A model generated the notes under the pieces. The model made no database searches. It saw only the letters and a list, made by a program, of their open reading frames with translations, and was not told where the DNA came from. This document shows, one piece after another, positions 1-9,965 of a stretch of 64,000 nucleotides of DNA (position 1 is the stretch's first letter; each line of letters opens with the position of its first letter). The position numbers were made by a program, and so were the translations under genes. Location of the stretch: NCBI GenBank assembly GCA_026004395.1, contig BPJB01000001.1, positions 455,343 to 519,342 on the forward strand, read 5' to 3'. Source of the stretch: Patescibacteria group bacterium. GTDB lineage: Bacteria > Patescibacteriota > Microgenomatia > Levybacterales > UBA12049.

Positions 1-2
1 CT

Positions 3-1073
3 CATATCTTTGCATCTATAGGAGGAAGCCAAATCGAGAGTCAGAATTCTCGAGGGGTTGTTGCTGTTTCTACTCCTCAAGGAGAAATTACCCAATCTGA
101 TCTTATACGTGTTATTGATGCAGCAAAAGCTATATCACTTCCTTCAACACGAGAGATTATCCATGTTCTTCCGCGAAATTATATTGTAGATGGTCAAGAA
201 GGAATAAAAGATCCAATTGGTATGTCTGGAGTAAGATTGGAGGTAGATACGCACATCATAACAGCCAATAGCATTGCTGTTAGAAACCTTGATAAAGCTT
301 TTTCAGAGGTTGGAGTGGACGTTGATGGATATGTATTCAATGGTTACGCAAGTTCTCTTTCAGTTCTTTCTGAAACAGAACGAGAGCTAGGAGTTGTTTT
401 GGTGGATATAGGAGCTGGCACTACAGATATTTCAATTTATACAGAAGGTTCGGTTGCCTACTCATCAGTTCTTGCAATTGGAGCACGGCATATTACAAAT
501 GATCTTGCGATTGGTCTTCGGATTTCATTGGAGAGTGCTGAAAAGATAAAACTTTTCCTTTCTCAACAGGCAAATAAGCGTATTGTTCGTCCAGAGATTG
601 ATGAAGAAAAGAAAGAAACTAAAACAAGTGATGAAATAGATCTTTCTGCTTTAAACCTGCCGGAAGAAGTAAGAAAGGTATCCTATAAAACACTTGTTGA
701 TGGCATTATAAGACCTCGCCTGAATGAGATATTTACTATGGTAGGTATTGAGATAAAAAAGAGCGGTTATGGTGGACAAACTCCAGCGGGACTTGTGATA
801 ACTGGAGGAGGAGCATTGACAGTTGGGATAAAAGATGCTGCCAAAAGAATGCTTGCAATGCCTGTGAGAATAGGCATGCCAACAGATATGAAAGGGATTA
901 TTGATGAGATACAAAATCCTGCTTATGCCACAGTTGTAGGTCTTCTGATGTATGGAGCAAAAAATGATGTGAGGCATTCCTCAACGCCTTTTGGATTCTC
1001 AATGCCCAAAATTGGAGGATCAAATCAAATGCTAAGAAAAATACTTGAGATTATTAAATCTTTTATCCCATGA
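3..1073 (+). CDS. ftsA: Cell division protein FtsA (5' truncated by window edge)
   Basis: Frame is open from base 3 (HIFASIGGSQIESQNSRGVV...YIVDGQEGIKDPIGMSGVRLEV); actin-like motifs VDIGAGTT and VITGGGA; directly upstream of ftsZ. Confidence 0.97.
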   Translation, partial: HIFASIGGSQIESQNSRGVVAVSTPQGEITQSDLIRVIDAAKAISLPSTREIIHVLPRNYIVDGQEGIKDPIGMSGVRLEVDTHIITANSIAVRNLDKAFSEVGVDVDGYVFNGYASSLSVLSETERELGVVLVDIGAGTTDISIYTEGSVAYSSVLAIGARHITNDLAIGLRISLESAEKIKLFLSQQANKRIVRPEIDEEKKETKTSDEIDLSALNLPEEVRKVSYKTLVDGIIRPRLNEIFTMVGIEIKKSGYGGQTPAGLVITGGGALTVGIKDAAKRMLAMPVRIGMPTDMKGIIDEIQNPAYATVVGLLMYGAKNDVRHSSTPFGFSMPKIGGSNQMLRKILEIIKSFIP

Positions 1074-1081
1074 ATACTTTA

Positions 1082-1110
1082 TTGCTTTTAACTTCTTGCA
1101 ATTGTATACT
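1082..1110 (+). promoter_or_regulatory. Putative sigma70 promoter for ftsZ
   Basis: TTGCTT-17nt-TATACT, 23 nt before the ftsZ ATG. Confidence 0.55.
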
Positions 1111-1133
1111 ATATCTGATAGGATTGACCCACA

Positions 1134-2312
1134 ATGCTCATTAGGCCTCAAACCTCAAATTTTGCAAAAATTCGCGTTATAGGAGTGGGTGGTGGAGGCG
1201 GAAATGCAATAGCTTCCATGGTATCCCAAAATGCTATACAAGGTGTTGACTTCGTTGCCATCAATACAGATGCACAGGCTCTTCTGCGCAATCCGGCTAC
1301 TACGAAAATTCAAATTGGTGAAAATCTGACACGGGGACTTGGATCAGGAGGAGATCCTGAGATTGGTCGTCAGGCTGCAGAGGAGTCAGCAGAAAAAATC
1401 AAAGATTTTATTGAGGGATCAGATATGGTTTTCCTAACTGCTGGCATGGGGGGTGGATCAGGAACTGGAGCGACTCCTGTTATTGCAAAAATTGCTAAAG
1501 AGGTAGGAGCTCTCACAGTCGCTGTCGTTACTAAACCATTTGCATTTGAAGGTACAAGAAGAATGGTCACAGCAGAGGAAGGAATTGAGAATCTGAAAGA
1601 TAAAGTAGATACATTAATCGTCATCCCAAATCAGCGCATTATGGATGTTGTCGACCGTAAGCTTTCTCTACTTGAGGCATTCAAGGTAGCTGATTCAGTT
1701 CTTTCTCAAGGAGTTCAAGGAATATCAGAGATTATTACACTTCCAGGTCTTATCAATGTTGATTTTGCAGATGTGCGTACAATTATGTCTAATGCTGGAT
1801 CAGCTTTGATGGGTATAGGAACTGGTATTGGAGAAAATAGAGCTCAAGCGGCTGCACGAGCTGCTATTGCTTCACCTTTACTGGAAATTAGTATGGAAGG
1901 TGCAAGAGGAGTATTATTTAATATCGTTGGAGGACCAGACCTTACAATGGCTGAGGTTGATGAAGCTGCGAAGATCATTTCCAGTTCGGCAGATTCGGAT
2001 GCCAATATCATTTTTGGAGCCACCATTGATGAATCAATGCATGATCAAATCAGAATCACTGTTGTCGCAACAGGTTTTGATCAGACCAAGCAGAGACTTC
2101 AGCAACTGATGACACCTTCCCAATTCCAACGTCAAATACCTGAGGTAAGAGAATATAACAACACTTCTGAGAATAATAACAATCCTTATCAAAATCAATC
2201 TCAACAAACAACACAACAATCAGATCCTCTAAAACAGACACTTACAGGGCAAAAACAAGACACTGAAGAAGATGAATGGGATATCCCTGCATTCTTGCGT
2301 CAGAGAAATTAA
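1134..2312 (+). CDS. ftsZ: Cell division protein FtsZ
   Basis: GVGGGGGNA, tubulin signature [17 protein letters not shown]7 loop, C-terminal peptide DIPAFLR. Confidence 0.99.
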   Translation: MLIRPQTSNFAKIRVIGVGGGGGNAIASMVSQNAIQGVDFVAINTDAQALLRNPATTKIQIGENLTRGLGSGGDPEIGRQAAEESAEKIKDFIEGSDMVFLTAGMGGGSGTGATPVIAKIAKEVGALTVAVVTKPFAFEGTRRMVTAEEGIENLKDKVDTLIVIPNQRIMDVVDRKLSLLEAFKVADSVLSQGVQGISEIITLPGLINVDFADVRTIMSNAGSALMGIGTGIGENRAQAAARAAIASPLLEISMEGARGVLFNIVGGPDLTMAEVDEAAKIISSSADSDANIIFGATIDESMHDQIRITVVATGFDQTKQRLQQLMTPSQFQRQIPEVREYNNTSENNNNPYQNQSQQTTQQSDPLKQTLTGQKQDTEEDEWDIPAFLRQRN

Positions 2313-2387
2313 GATCTACTAAGAGAGAATCTCTAAGTAGAATTATTTCTACAGCAGAGAAACTAATTCAAAGAAATTACATTACAT

Positions 2388-2411
2388 AAAAGCGCTGATG
2401 AAGCGTTTTAT
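2388..2411 (+). terminator. Putative intrinsic terminator after ftsZ
   Basis: AAAAGCGCT-GATGA-AGCGTTTTAT hairpin followed by T-rich sequence. Confidence 0.45.
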
Positions 2412-2652
2412 ATTTGATTAAAATTTGATAAGTTTAGTCAGTTTTTTATTTTCTAGATTATCTAATTCACTTGTTCAGTTAGATTTTACTTTTTCTTGTT
2501 TTCCTTTTTGAATGGGATAGGGTTAGTGGATTGATGTTTTTCACGCATAGAAGCAACATAAATTTAATTAAATCAGAAGATAGATTTAAAATTGAGGACA
2601 GAGAACTGATAATTCTTATATGTTATAGTATATTTAAGATCAAGTTTTATTC

Positions 2653-4071
2653 ATGAATTCATATTCCTCTAATTTTTTCAAAAAGAAAACTGTCCACAAT
2701 TATATTGCAATTTTTTCAACTTTTCTTTTTGCTTTAGTGGGGAGCATTGTTTCATTAATAAGATACTGGCAGTATGAAGTTTATTATTTTGATTTTGGTA
2801 TCTTCGATCAAGCTATCTGGGAAGTTGCTCATTTCAGACTTCCTCTGATAGAACACTTTATTCCAGGAATACAAGGTAAAATAATTTTTGCGGATCATTT
2901 TAATCCCAGTATTTTTTTCCTCTCTCCAGTTTATTGGTTTACTGACAGAAGTGAAGCTCTTCTTATAGCTCAAGCAGTTATAGCTGCTTTAAGCGGATAT
3001 ATTCTCTATAGAATTTCGCTTGAAGTCATAAAAAACTCATTTATTTCTTTAGCAATTATGTTGTGTTACTTTCTTTTTGTAGGTCTTCAGAATGCTGTTA
3101 TCACCGAGTTTCATGAGTTGACAATCATGACGCTACCTCTGACACTGCTTTGGTGGAGTGTAATAAAGAAAAAAATTTGGACATATTTTTTATTACTTAT
3201 AATCACTCTTGGGTTTAAGGAATCCCTTTTTTCTTTAGGTATAGGAGTAGGTATTGCGATTTTTATTTTATATAAAAATTGGCGAAAAATTGCAGTGATG
3301 ACAATAATCATATCTTTGATATGGGGAATAGCAGCAATTAAGCTGTTAATTCCATACTTTTCAGGGGGAAGTTATCTTTATTCACCTAAACTTCCAGATA
3401 CAATTTCTGGAATGCTTTTGTCTTTAATTAATGAAGAGGAAAAGAGGAGGACATTATTTTTTAGTTTTGCAAGTTTTGGATTTTTGCCTTTATTTTCTCC
3501 CGCATTTTATCTTACTATGCTTCAAGATTATGCTCTTAGGTTTATGCCGGAAGGATTTTGGACTCGATGGGGTCTTGGGATGCATTACAATGCACAGTCT
3601 GCTGTCATCTTAGCTTTATCATCAACTTATGGAGTAAATTTTATATTAAGATACAAGATAATAAAGCAATATTTATTACATTTAGCGATATTTTTAGTGT
3701 TTTTCGCTTTATTTTTGAATTTTAAAATTCTTCGAGGGCCATACAATCTTATATATAATCCTGCATTTTATAATCACACTAAGAATTTTTCCTATCTTAA
3801 TCAACTGATTGCAAGAGTTCCTAAAAAATCTACAGTTATGACCCAAAATGTCCTTGCATCTCGCTTCACACATCAAAAAGTTTGGTTGTTAAGTATGAAT
3901 TACCAAAAATTTAGACCAGAATATATTCTTATAGATTTTCGTCAAGGACAAAACCCCAATAATTTTTTTGGTACACCAAATGCATATGAAATCTATCTTG
4001 CGTTACTCAATGATCCTACCTATTCAGTTTATTATCAACAAGGCGAACAGGTAATTTTCAAAAGTAAATAA
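2653..4071 (+). CDS. DUF2079-like multi-pass membrane protein (GT-C-type glycosyltransferase-like)
   Basis: About 10 hydrophobic segments; motifs FDFGIFDQAIW, ADHFNP, EFHE, FKE characteristic of DUF2079. Confidence 0.75.
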   Translation: MNSYSSNFFKKKTVHNYIAIFSTFLFALVGSIVSLIRYWQYEVYYFDFGIFDQAIWEVAHFRLPLIEHFIPGIQGKIIFADHFNPSIFFLSPVYWFTDRSEALLIAQAVIAALSGYILYRISLEVIKNSFISLAIMLCYFLFVGLQNAVITEFHELTIMTLPLTLLWWSVIKKKIWTYFLLLIITLGFKESLFSLGIGVGIAIFILYKNWRKIAVMTIIISLIWGIAAIKLLIPYFSGGSYLYSPKLPDTISGMLLSLINEEEKRRTLFFSFASFGFLPLFSPAFYLTMLQDYALRFMPEGFWTRWGLGMHYNAQSAVILALSSTYGVNFILRYKIIKQYLLHLAIFLVFFALFLNFKILRGPYNLIYNPAFYNHTKNFSYLNQLIARVPKKSTVMTQNVLASRFTHQKVWLLSMNYQKFRPEYILIDFRQGQNPNNFFGTPNAYEIYLALLNDPTYSVYYQQGEQVIFKSK

Positions 4072-4196
4072 AAGTAAATAAGCTTTTGAAGGATGTTATC
4101 TATTAAATCTTCTAAGAATTTCATCAATTATTTTACTAACTATAAATTTTTATTTTTATCATTAAACCACTGATAAAAATTAAGTTCTTAAAAAAA

Positions 4197-5438
4197 CTAG
4201 ATACCCAAAAAATGTCCCAATCCTCCAAGGAGAGCGCCAATAGTTATGATTATTCCTGAGGAAATAAGTAGTATATTTTGTAATTTTGTATTTTTATATT
4301 TACCCATAAGTTCTTCGTTGTTAGCAATTTTATAGAGAAAAAAGAAGATAACAGGTAGAAATAAACCATTCAGAAAGTCAGCTAATATAGTAAATTGGAA
4401 TAGTTGAAATTGAGGAAGAAGTGTAAAAAACATACCAATAATAATCTGAGTGAAAAAAATCCCGTAAAATAGTTTACTTTTATTAAAATCGACATCAAGG
4501 CTTCCTTCATACCCAAAAAACTCAGAAAAAGCATATGCAGTTGCTAAGGGTACTATGGCTGCTCCCATAAATCCTGCAATAATCAGGCCCGCACCAAAGA
4601 GTGCACTTGCAAATTCTCCAGCAAATGGTTTGATTGCCAGTGCGGCTGATGCGGCATCATTTATTTTAATATGATTTATCCAAAGAGTTGAAATAACTGC
4701 TATCATCATAAGCATTGAAACAGCATTTGTTAAAAAACCACCTACATACATTTCCAACTGATTTATTTTTAATTTATCAATGCTAATTTTTTTATCTTTT
4801 ACATAGCTGTTGATAAAAAACTGACCCCATGCAGTTACTGTTGTTCCTAGTACAGCAATTGCTGTATATAAGTAATTAAAGTTTATATGTTCATAAGGAA
4901 TTATTATTGATTTAAAATGAAGTTTCCAATCAGGCTTTGCCAGAATTGCAGAAAATAAATATGCAATATAAAAAAAAGTTAGAAGCAAAAAAAATTTTTC
5001 AATCTTTGCATAAGAAGTTCTGGTAATAAAATATAAAAGTCCTAATAGGATAAGTGGGAGGAAAATAAAAATATTAATATTAAATAACTCTAGACCTGCT
5101 TTTAATCCTCCAATATCTTGTAATATAACAGCAAAGTTTACCAATGATAATAAGAAAAAGATAAGAAGTGAAATTCGTATGCCATAGCGTTCTCGAATTA
5201 AATCAGCTAATCCTTTTCCAGTAACAACTGCAATCCTTCCGCCTATTTCTTGACTAATAATTAGAATAAGAGTAATAGGTATGAATGTAAGGTGGATGTT
5301 ATATCCAAACTTTGCCGCAGCTACAGAGTATGTTGCTACACCCCCTGCATCATTATCAGCAAATGCTGTAATAATTCCAGGACCTATTACAGCAAGTATT
5401 ATCAATAATTTAATTTTTAGAGAATTTAAAAAATTCAT
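4197..5438 (-). CDS. Nramp-family divalent cation transporter, Nramp-related Mg2+ transporter (NRMT) type
   Basis: GPGIITAFADNDAGG (DAGG in place of DPGN), QEIGGRIAVVTGKGLADLIRERYG, TM6 GTTVTAW lacking the Nramp Met. Confidence 0.85.
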   Translation of the reverse strand: MNFLNSLKIKLLIILAVIGPGIITAFADNDAGGVATYSVAAAKFGYNIHLTFIPITLILIISQEIGGRIAVVTGKGLADLIRERYGIRISLLIFFLLSLVNFAVILQDIGGLKAGLELFNINIFIFLPLILLGLLYFITRTSYAKIEKFFLLLTFFYIAYLFSAILAKPDWKLHFKSIIIPYEHINFNYLYTAIAVLGTTVTAWGQFFINSYVKDKKISIDKLKINQLEMYVGGFLTNAVSMLMMIAVISTLWINHIKINDAASAALAIKPFAGEFASALFGAGLIIAGFMGAAIVPLATAYAFSEFFGYEGSLDVDFNKSKLFYGIFFTQIIIGMFFTLLPQFQLFQFTILADFLNGLFLPVIFFFLYKIANNEELMGKYKNTKLQNILLISSGIIITIGALLGGLGHFLGI

Positions 5439-6655
5439 AATTTTTCAATAATATCTTCGACTAAATCATCATAAGTTACTATACCAATCATTTTTTGGTT
5501 ATCTTCAATGACAGGTAAAGCATATAATTTGTAGCGAAAAAGTTTTTTAATTGCGATCTCTTTTGGGGTAGTGAGATGGATAACTACTACATTTTGTTTC
5601 ATAATAGTATGTATTGGTGTATTATGAGGTTTGGTAATTAGTTCTGATAAATTTAATACTCCGACAAGTTCTTCATTTTTATTTACAACATAAATATATG
5701 CTGAAAAATGTGAGTTAGTAATTTTATTTTTAAACTTTACAATTGCAGATCCTACCGTATCATCGGCAGAAATTGTAATAAATTTGGAATTAATTAATTC
5801 GCCAATTAGAGTTTTTGAATATTTAATCAATTTATATATTTCTTTTCTTGTTTTTTCTGAAACAAGATTGAGTATCTCTTCTCGTTTTTCTTTTGTCAAA
5901 GCTAATAAAATATCTACTGCTTCATCGGGATCAAGATGTTCTATAATCTTTGCATTTTTTTCTGAAGGAAATCTCTTAAATAATGATGTTTGGTAATTTA
6001 CGTTTAAATCAGAAATAACATCGGCTGCAAATTTGTCTTCAAAATTTGTAATAATTTTGTCAACATTGCGTATATTTGTTTTTTCAAGATAAATCGCCAA
6101 ATCTTCAGGCCGCATTCGTTCGAGCTCCTCAATTGATTTTTTAAGCTTTACTTTTCCTGAAGAAAGTTCTATGGGTTCAATATCTCCCCATGATAAAAAG
6201 TGTGGATGGGAATAGATTCCCAGTAATCTATAGAATGGTAAAGCAAATTTTTCAAGACCAATCCAGCGTAAAATACCTCTAATGCCAATATCAACACCGG
6301 ATATATAATATTTGTTTTTATCATCTTTGTACTGAATTGCTACATCATTGACACGAACAACTTTGCCACCTTTAACATCAATGATTTGTTTATCTAAAAG
6401 ATTTTTAACTATGTATAATTCGTTTTCTTGACCATTTTCAATAATCTTATATTCAGGACTGATATTGATTACCTTATCTATTCTCTGGACGAATTCAATA
6501 GGAATTATGATTTTTTTCTTGTTAGAAGTTTTTATAATTATTTTTGTAATAATAGGAGCTTCACTTGCTAAAAAAATAATATCAGTAAGATTACCAATAT
6601 ATGTATCATTTTGAGTGATGACTTTTTTATTTTTGAGTTCTGAAAAGTAGAACAT
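5435..6655 (-). CDS. Soluble PRC-barrel + MgtE N-terminal + CBS-pair protein (no MgtE membrane domain)
   Basis: LLDKQIIDVKGGKVVRVND PRC-like region, helical MgtE_N repeats (PEDLA, PDEAVDIL), CBS motifs YIYVV...LVGVL and ALPVI...IGIVTYDD; ATGA overlap with the transporter. Confidence 0.85.
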   Translation of the reverse strand: MFYFSELKNKKVITQNDTYIGNLTDIIFLASEAPIITKIIIKTSNKKKIIIPIEFVQRIDKVINISPEYKIIENGQENELYIVKNLLDKQIIDVKGGKVVRVNDVAIQYKDDKNKYYISGVDIGIRGILRWIGLEKFALPFYRLLGIYSHPHFLSWGDIEPIELSSGKVKLKKSIEELERMRPEDLAIYLEKTNIRNVDKIITNFEDKFAADVISDLNVNYQTSLFKRFPSEKNAKIIEHLDPDEAVDILLALTKEKREEILNLVSEKTRKEIYKLIKYSKTLIGELINSKFITISADDTVGSAIVKFKNKITNSHFSAYIYVVNKNEELVGVLNLSELITKPHNTPIHTIMKQNVVVIHLTTPKEIAIKKLFRYKLYALPVIEDNQKMIGIVTYDDLVEDIIEKL

Positions 6656-6814
6656 ACACTTTCTTCAACAGGCAAATATCTATGGAATATAAGAAGGCAT
6701 ATTCTATATAAATGGTAGATTTTATAAAATCATCAGTATTTTTAGAGAATAGCTAATATTCCCAAGTTTATTCTCTCCTTTTTATATAACAATTGTCTTC
6801 CTATATCTAATTGA

Positions 6815-6844
6815 AGTTTAGTCTTCATTTTTGTTCATTGTCAA
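6815..6844 (-). promoter_or_regulatory. Putative sigma70 promoter for the Mg transporter module
   Basis: TTGACA-18nt-TAAACT on the minus strand, about 160 nt upstream of the ATG at 6655. Confidence 0.6.
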
Positions 6845-7110
6845 GGAGTAATTATATCTAGATCAAAATATTGAGGAGTTGCAGTATTGATAATATTAAT
6901 TTAAGCATTATTGGCTGAATGTGATTTGCGAATATGAAGATAGAGTTATATATAAAAGTGAATTATTTACTTAATAAAGCTTTGTTATGATTATTCTAAA
7001 AGATTGATCAAGACAACTATTGTAATGAAATTAAAATTTGCAAATAAGAAAATTTAGTACATATATTCCTAATTTTAGAAATCTAGGAGTATATATACAT
7101 ATTTAATTTG

Positions 7111-7139
7111 TTGAACAAATCAATGATTTGAGTTAAAAT
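7111..7139 (+). promoter_or_regulatory. Putative leaderless promoter for ileS
   Basis: TTGAAC-17nt-TAAAAT-6nt-ATG. Confidence 0.6.
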
Positions 7140-7145
7140 TGATTT

Positions 7146-9965
7146 ATGTTTAAGAGCGTTTCGCCGAATGTAGTTTTTCCAGATCTTGAAAATAAGATTC
7201 TTAAGTTTTGGAAAGAGAAAAAAATTTTTGAAAAATCGATTACCTCTCGTCCTAAAAATAAAAAATGGACGTTTTTGGATGGCCCACCGTTTGTAACAGG
7301 GATGCCTCATTATGGACATCTACTTGGAAGTATACACAAGGATCTTTTTGGTAGATACTGGACAATGAAAGGTTATCGCGTACGCAGGGTTTGGGGATGG
7401 GATGGTCATGGTCTTCCTATTGAAAATAAGGTTGAAGGAAAACTCAATATAAAACGAAAAAAAGATATCGAAAGAGTTGTTGGTATCAAACGATTTATTG
7501 AAGAATGTAAAAAGTATGTCGAAAATGTATCTTCAGAGTGGGAATGGTATGTAGATCATGTAGGTAGATGGGTCGATTTTAAGAATGCCTATAAAACATG
7601 GGATATCAAATACATGGAATCTGTAATGTGGGTCTTTAAACAGATGTATGATAAGGGGCATATATATAAAGGATTAAAGGTAACTCTTTATTGTCCTCAT
7701 TGTGCGACGCCAATCTCTAATTTTGAAGTAGCTATGGATCCCGATAATTATAAAGAAGTTGCAGATTTTGGGACAACATATAAGTATCAACTTGAAGATG
7801 ATAAGGATATTTTTATTCTTGCATGGTCAACTACACCTTGGAACAAGATTGTGACTCCTGCATTGGCTGTCAATCCAAAGATTATGTATGTAAAAGTAAA
7901 GCAAGGGGATCAATACTATATTCTAGCAAAATCAGCAACAAATATGCTCAAGAGAGAACCAAAGTATAAAATCATAGAAGAGTTTTCAGGAGAAAAATTG
8001 GTGGGTAAGAAGTTTGTGCCTCACTATAATTATTACCCAATTGAAAAAGGAGAAAAAGCATTTGAAGTAATTGCTGGTGATTTTGTTACAGCAGAGGAGG
8101 GTACCGGAGTTGTTACTATTGCTGCATACGGAGAGGAAGACTTAAAGGTAATGCAGGAACAAAATGTACATATTGAGTTGCATCTTGATGAAGAAGGTGT
8201 GGTTAAAGAGAATGTGCCTCTGTTTGGAGGAATGTACTACTTGGATGCTAATAAAGCTGTAAATGAAGATCTGGACAAACGAGGTCTTATTTACAAAGAT
8301 GAACAGATCATTCACAATGTTCCACTTTGTTGGCGATGCCACACAAGGCTTTATTATGCACCTATAAACGCATGGTATGTAAACGTTCAAAATTTGAAAG
8401 AATTAATGAAACGAACAAATGAAAGAGTTAATTGGTTTCCCAAACATTTCAAATATGGTAGATTTTTAAAAAGTCTTGAAAATGCACCTGATTGGAATAT
8501 TTCTCGCAATAGATATTGGGGATCACCAGTTCCAGTATGGGAATGTAAATGTGGAGAAAGATTTGTTCCAGGATCAATAAAAGAGCTAGAAAATGTTTCG
8601 GGACAAAAAATTACTGATCTGCATAAACCGGACATTGACGAGGTGACAGTGACTTGTCAAAAATGTGGAAATAAGGTACGTCGTGTTCCAGAGGTACTTG
8701 ATAGTTGGATAGAAGCTGGGTCAGCATCTTTTGCAGAACGACATTATCCATTTGAAGGAGATGAAAAACTAGAGGATTTTTTTCCAGCTGATTTTATAGC
8801 TGAGTATACAGGTCAGATCCGTGCATGGTTTTATGTACTACATGTTATAGGTGCAGCACTTTTTCAATCAGAAGCATTTAAGAATGTTTGTGTTGAAGGA
8901 GTAATACTGGGAACTGATGGCCGTAAAATGAGTAAAAATCTTGGGAATTATCCAGATCCCAAAGAACTACTGCAAAAATATGGGGGAGATGCACTTAGAT
9001 TATATCTTATGGATAGTCCAGTAATGCATGGAGAAGATATTATTATTTCAGAAGAACAATACAAAAACCAAGTAAGAGGGATGATGCTTATTCTTTGGAA
9101 TGTCTATAACTTCTTTATCACTAATGCAAATCTTGATAAATGGGAGCCTCAAAAATATACCAAAGAATATTTAAGCATTCTTGATCAGTGGATACTCTCA
9201 CGTCTTAATAACCTTATAAAGGATGTTACACGTAATCTTGATGGTTATGATACGATAGCAGCAATTGATCAGATAAAAAAATTTATTGATGATCTTTCAA
9301 CATGGTACATCAGAAGAAGCAGGGAAAGAGTTGGGGTTGCAGCAGAAGATAAAAAAGATAAAGATGCATTTTACAATACATCGTATGAGGTTTTGATTAC
9401 TTTGAGTAAACTTCTTGCTCCGATTACACCTTTTCTTGCAGAATCAATTTTCCTAAATCTTACGAACAAAGAATCAGTTCATTTGGAGTTTTGGCCCACA
9501 TTTGATAAGTCCCGAATAAATAACTCTCTTGAGCGACAAATGGAAAAAATAAGAAAAATTGTTGAGGTAGGACATGCAAAAAGAAAAGAGTTGGGAATAA
9601 AAGTTAGACAACCTTTGGCAAAAGCAATAATAACAGTAAAAGGTAAAGATGAATTTATGGATGTATTGAATTACTTAATTAAAGATGAATTAAATGTTAA
9701 AAATATTGAATTCAAAGAAGGTAAGGATGAGATTTATGTAGAATTTGATACCCAACTAACGGAAGATCTAATTGAAGAAGGTAGGTCTCGCGAAATTATT
9801 CGTATGATTCAGGAGGAAAGGAAACGCTTGGGTACAGCTCAAAACGAACCAATAGATGTTGTCTTACCTGATTGGCCAAAGTCATTTGAGAACATAATAA
9901 AGAAAAAGACTCTAATAAGACATCTGACAAAAGGCGATTTATTAGAAGTAAAGAGAATCTCATGA
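7146..9965 (+). CDS. ileS: Isoleucine--tRNA ligase, type 2 (eukaryote/archaea-like)
   Basis: DGPPFVTGMPHYGH (HIGH), GWDGHGLPIE, DWNISRNRYWG, GRKMSKNLGNY (KMSKS), WYIRRSR, IleRS2 C-terminus KVRQPL and DELNVK. Confidence 0.96.
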   Translation: MFKSVSPNVVFPDLENKILKFWKEKKIFEKSITSRPKNKKWTFLDGPPFVTGMPHYGHLLGSIHKDLFGRYWTMKGYRVRRVWGWDGHGLPIENKVEGKLNIKRKKDIERVVGIKRFIEECKKYVENVSSEWEWYVDHVGRWVDFKNAYKTWDIKYMESVMWVFKQMYDKGHIYKGLKVTLYCPHCATPISNFEVAMDPDNYKEVADFGTTYKYQLEDDKDIFILAWSTTPWNKIVTPALAVNPKIMYVKVKQGDQYYILAKSATNMLKREPKYKIIEEFSGEKLVGKKFVPHYNYYPIEKGEKAFEVIAGDFVTAEEGTGVVTIAAYGEEDLKVMQEQNVHIELHLDEEGVVKENVPLFGGMYYLDANKAVNEDLDKRGLIYKDEQIIHNVPLCWRCHTRLYYAPINAWYVNVQNLKELMKRTNERVNWFPKHFKYGRFLKSLENAPDWNISRNRYWGSPVPVWECKCGERFVPGSIKELENVSGQKITDLHKPDIDEVTVTCQKCGNKVRRVPEVLDSWIEAGSASFAERHYPFEGDEKLEDFFPADFIAEYTGQIRAWFYVLHVIGAALFQSEAFKNVCVEGVILGTDGRKMSKNLGNYPDPKELLQKYGGDALRLYLMDSPVMHGEDIIISEEQYKNQVRGMMLILWNVYNFFITNANLDKWEPQKYTKEYLSILDQWILSRLNNLIKDVTRNLDGYDTIAAIDQIKKFIDDLSTWYIRRSRERVGVAAEDKKDKDAFYNTSYEVLITLSKLLAPITPFLAESIFLNLTNKESVHLEFWPTFDKSRINNSLERQMEKIRKIVEVGHAKRKELGIKVRQPLAKAIITVKGKDEFMDVLNYLIKDELNVKNIEFKEGKDEIYVEFDTQLTEDLIEEGRSREIIRMIQEERKRLGTAQNEPIDVVLPDWPKSFENIIKKKTLIRHLTKGDLLEVKRIS

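Noticed and set aside
2100-2260. CAA/AAT-rich low-complexity stretch in ftsZ
   Set aside because: Normal disordered Q/N-rich FtsZ linker.
6656-6810. M-box, yybP-ykoY or fluoride riboswitch call
   Set aside because: Conserved cores not recognisable by eye; kept only as an unclassified leader.
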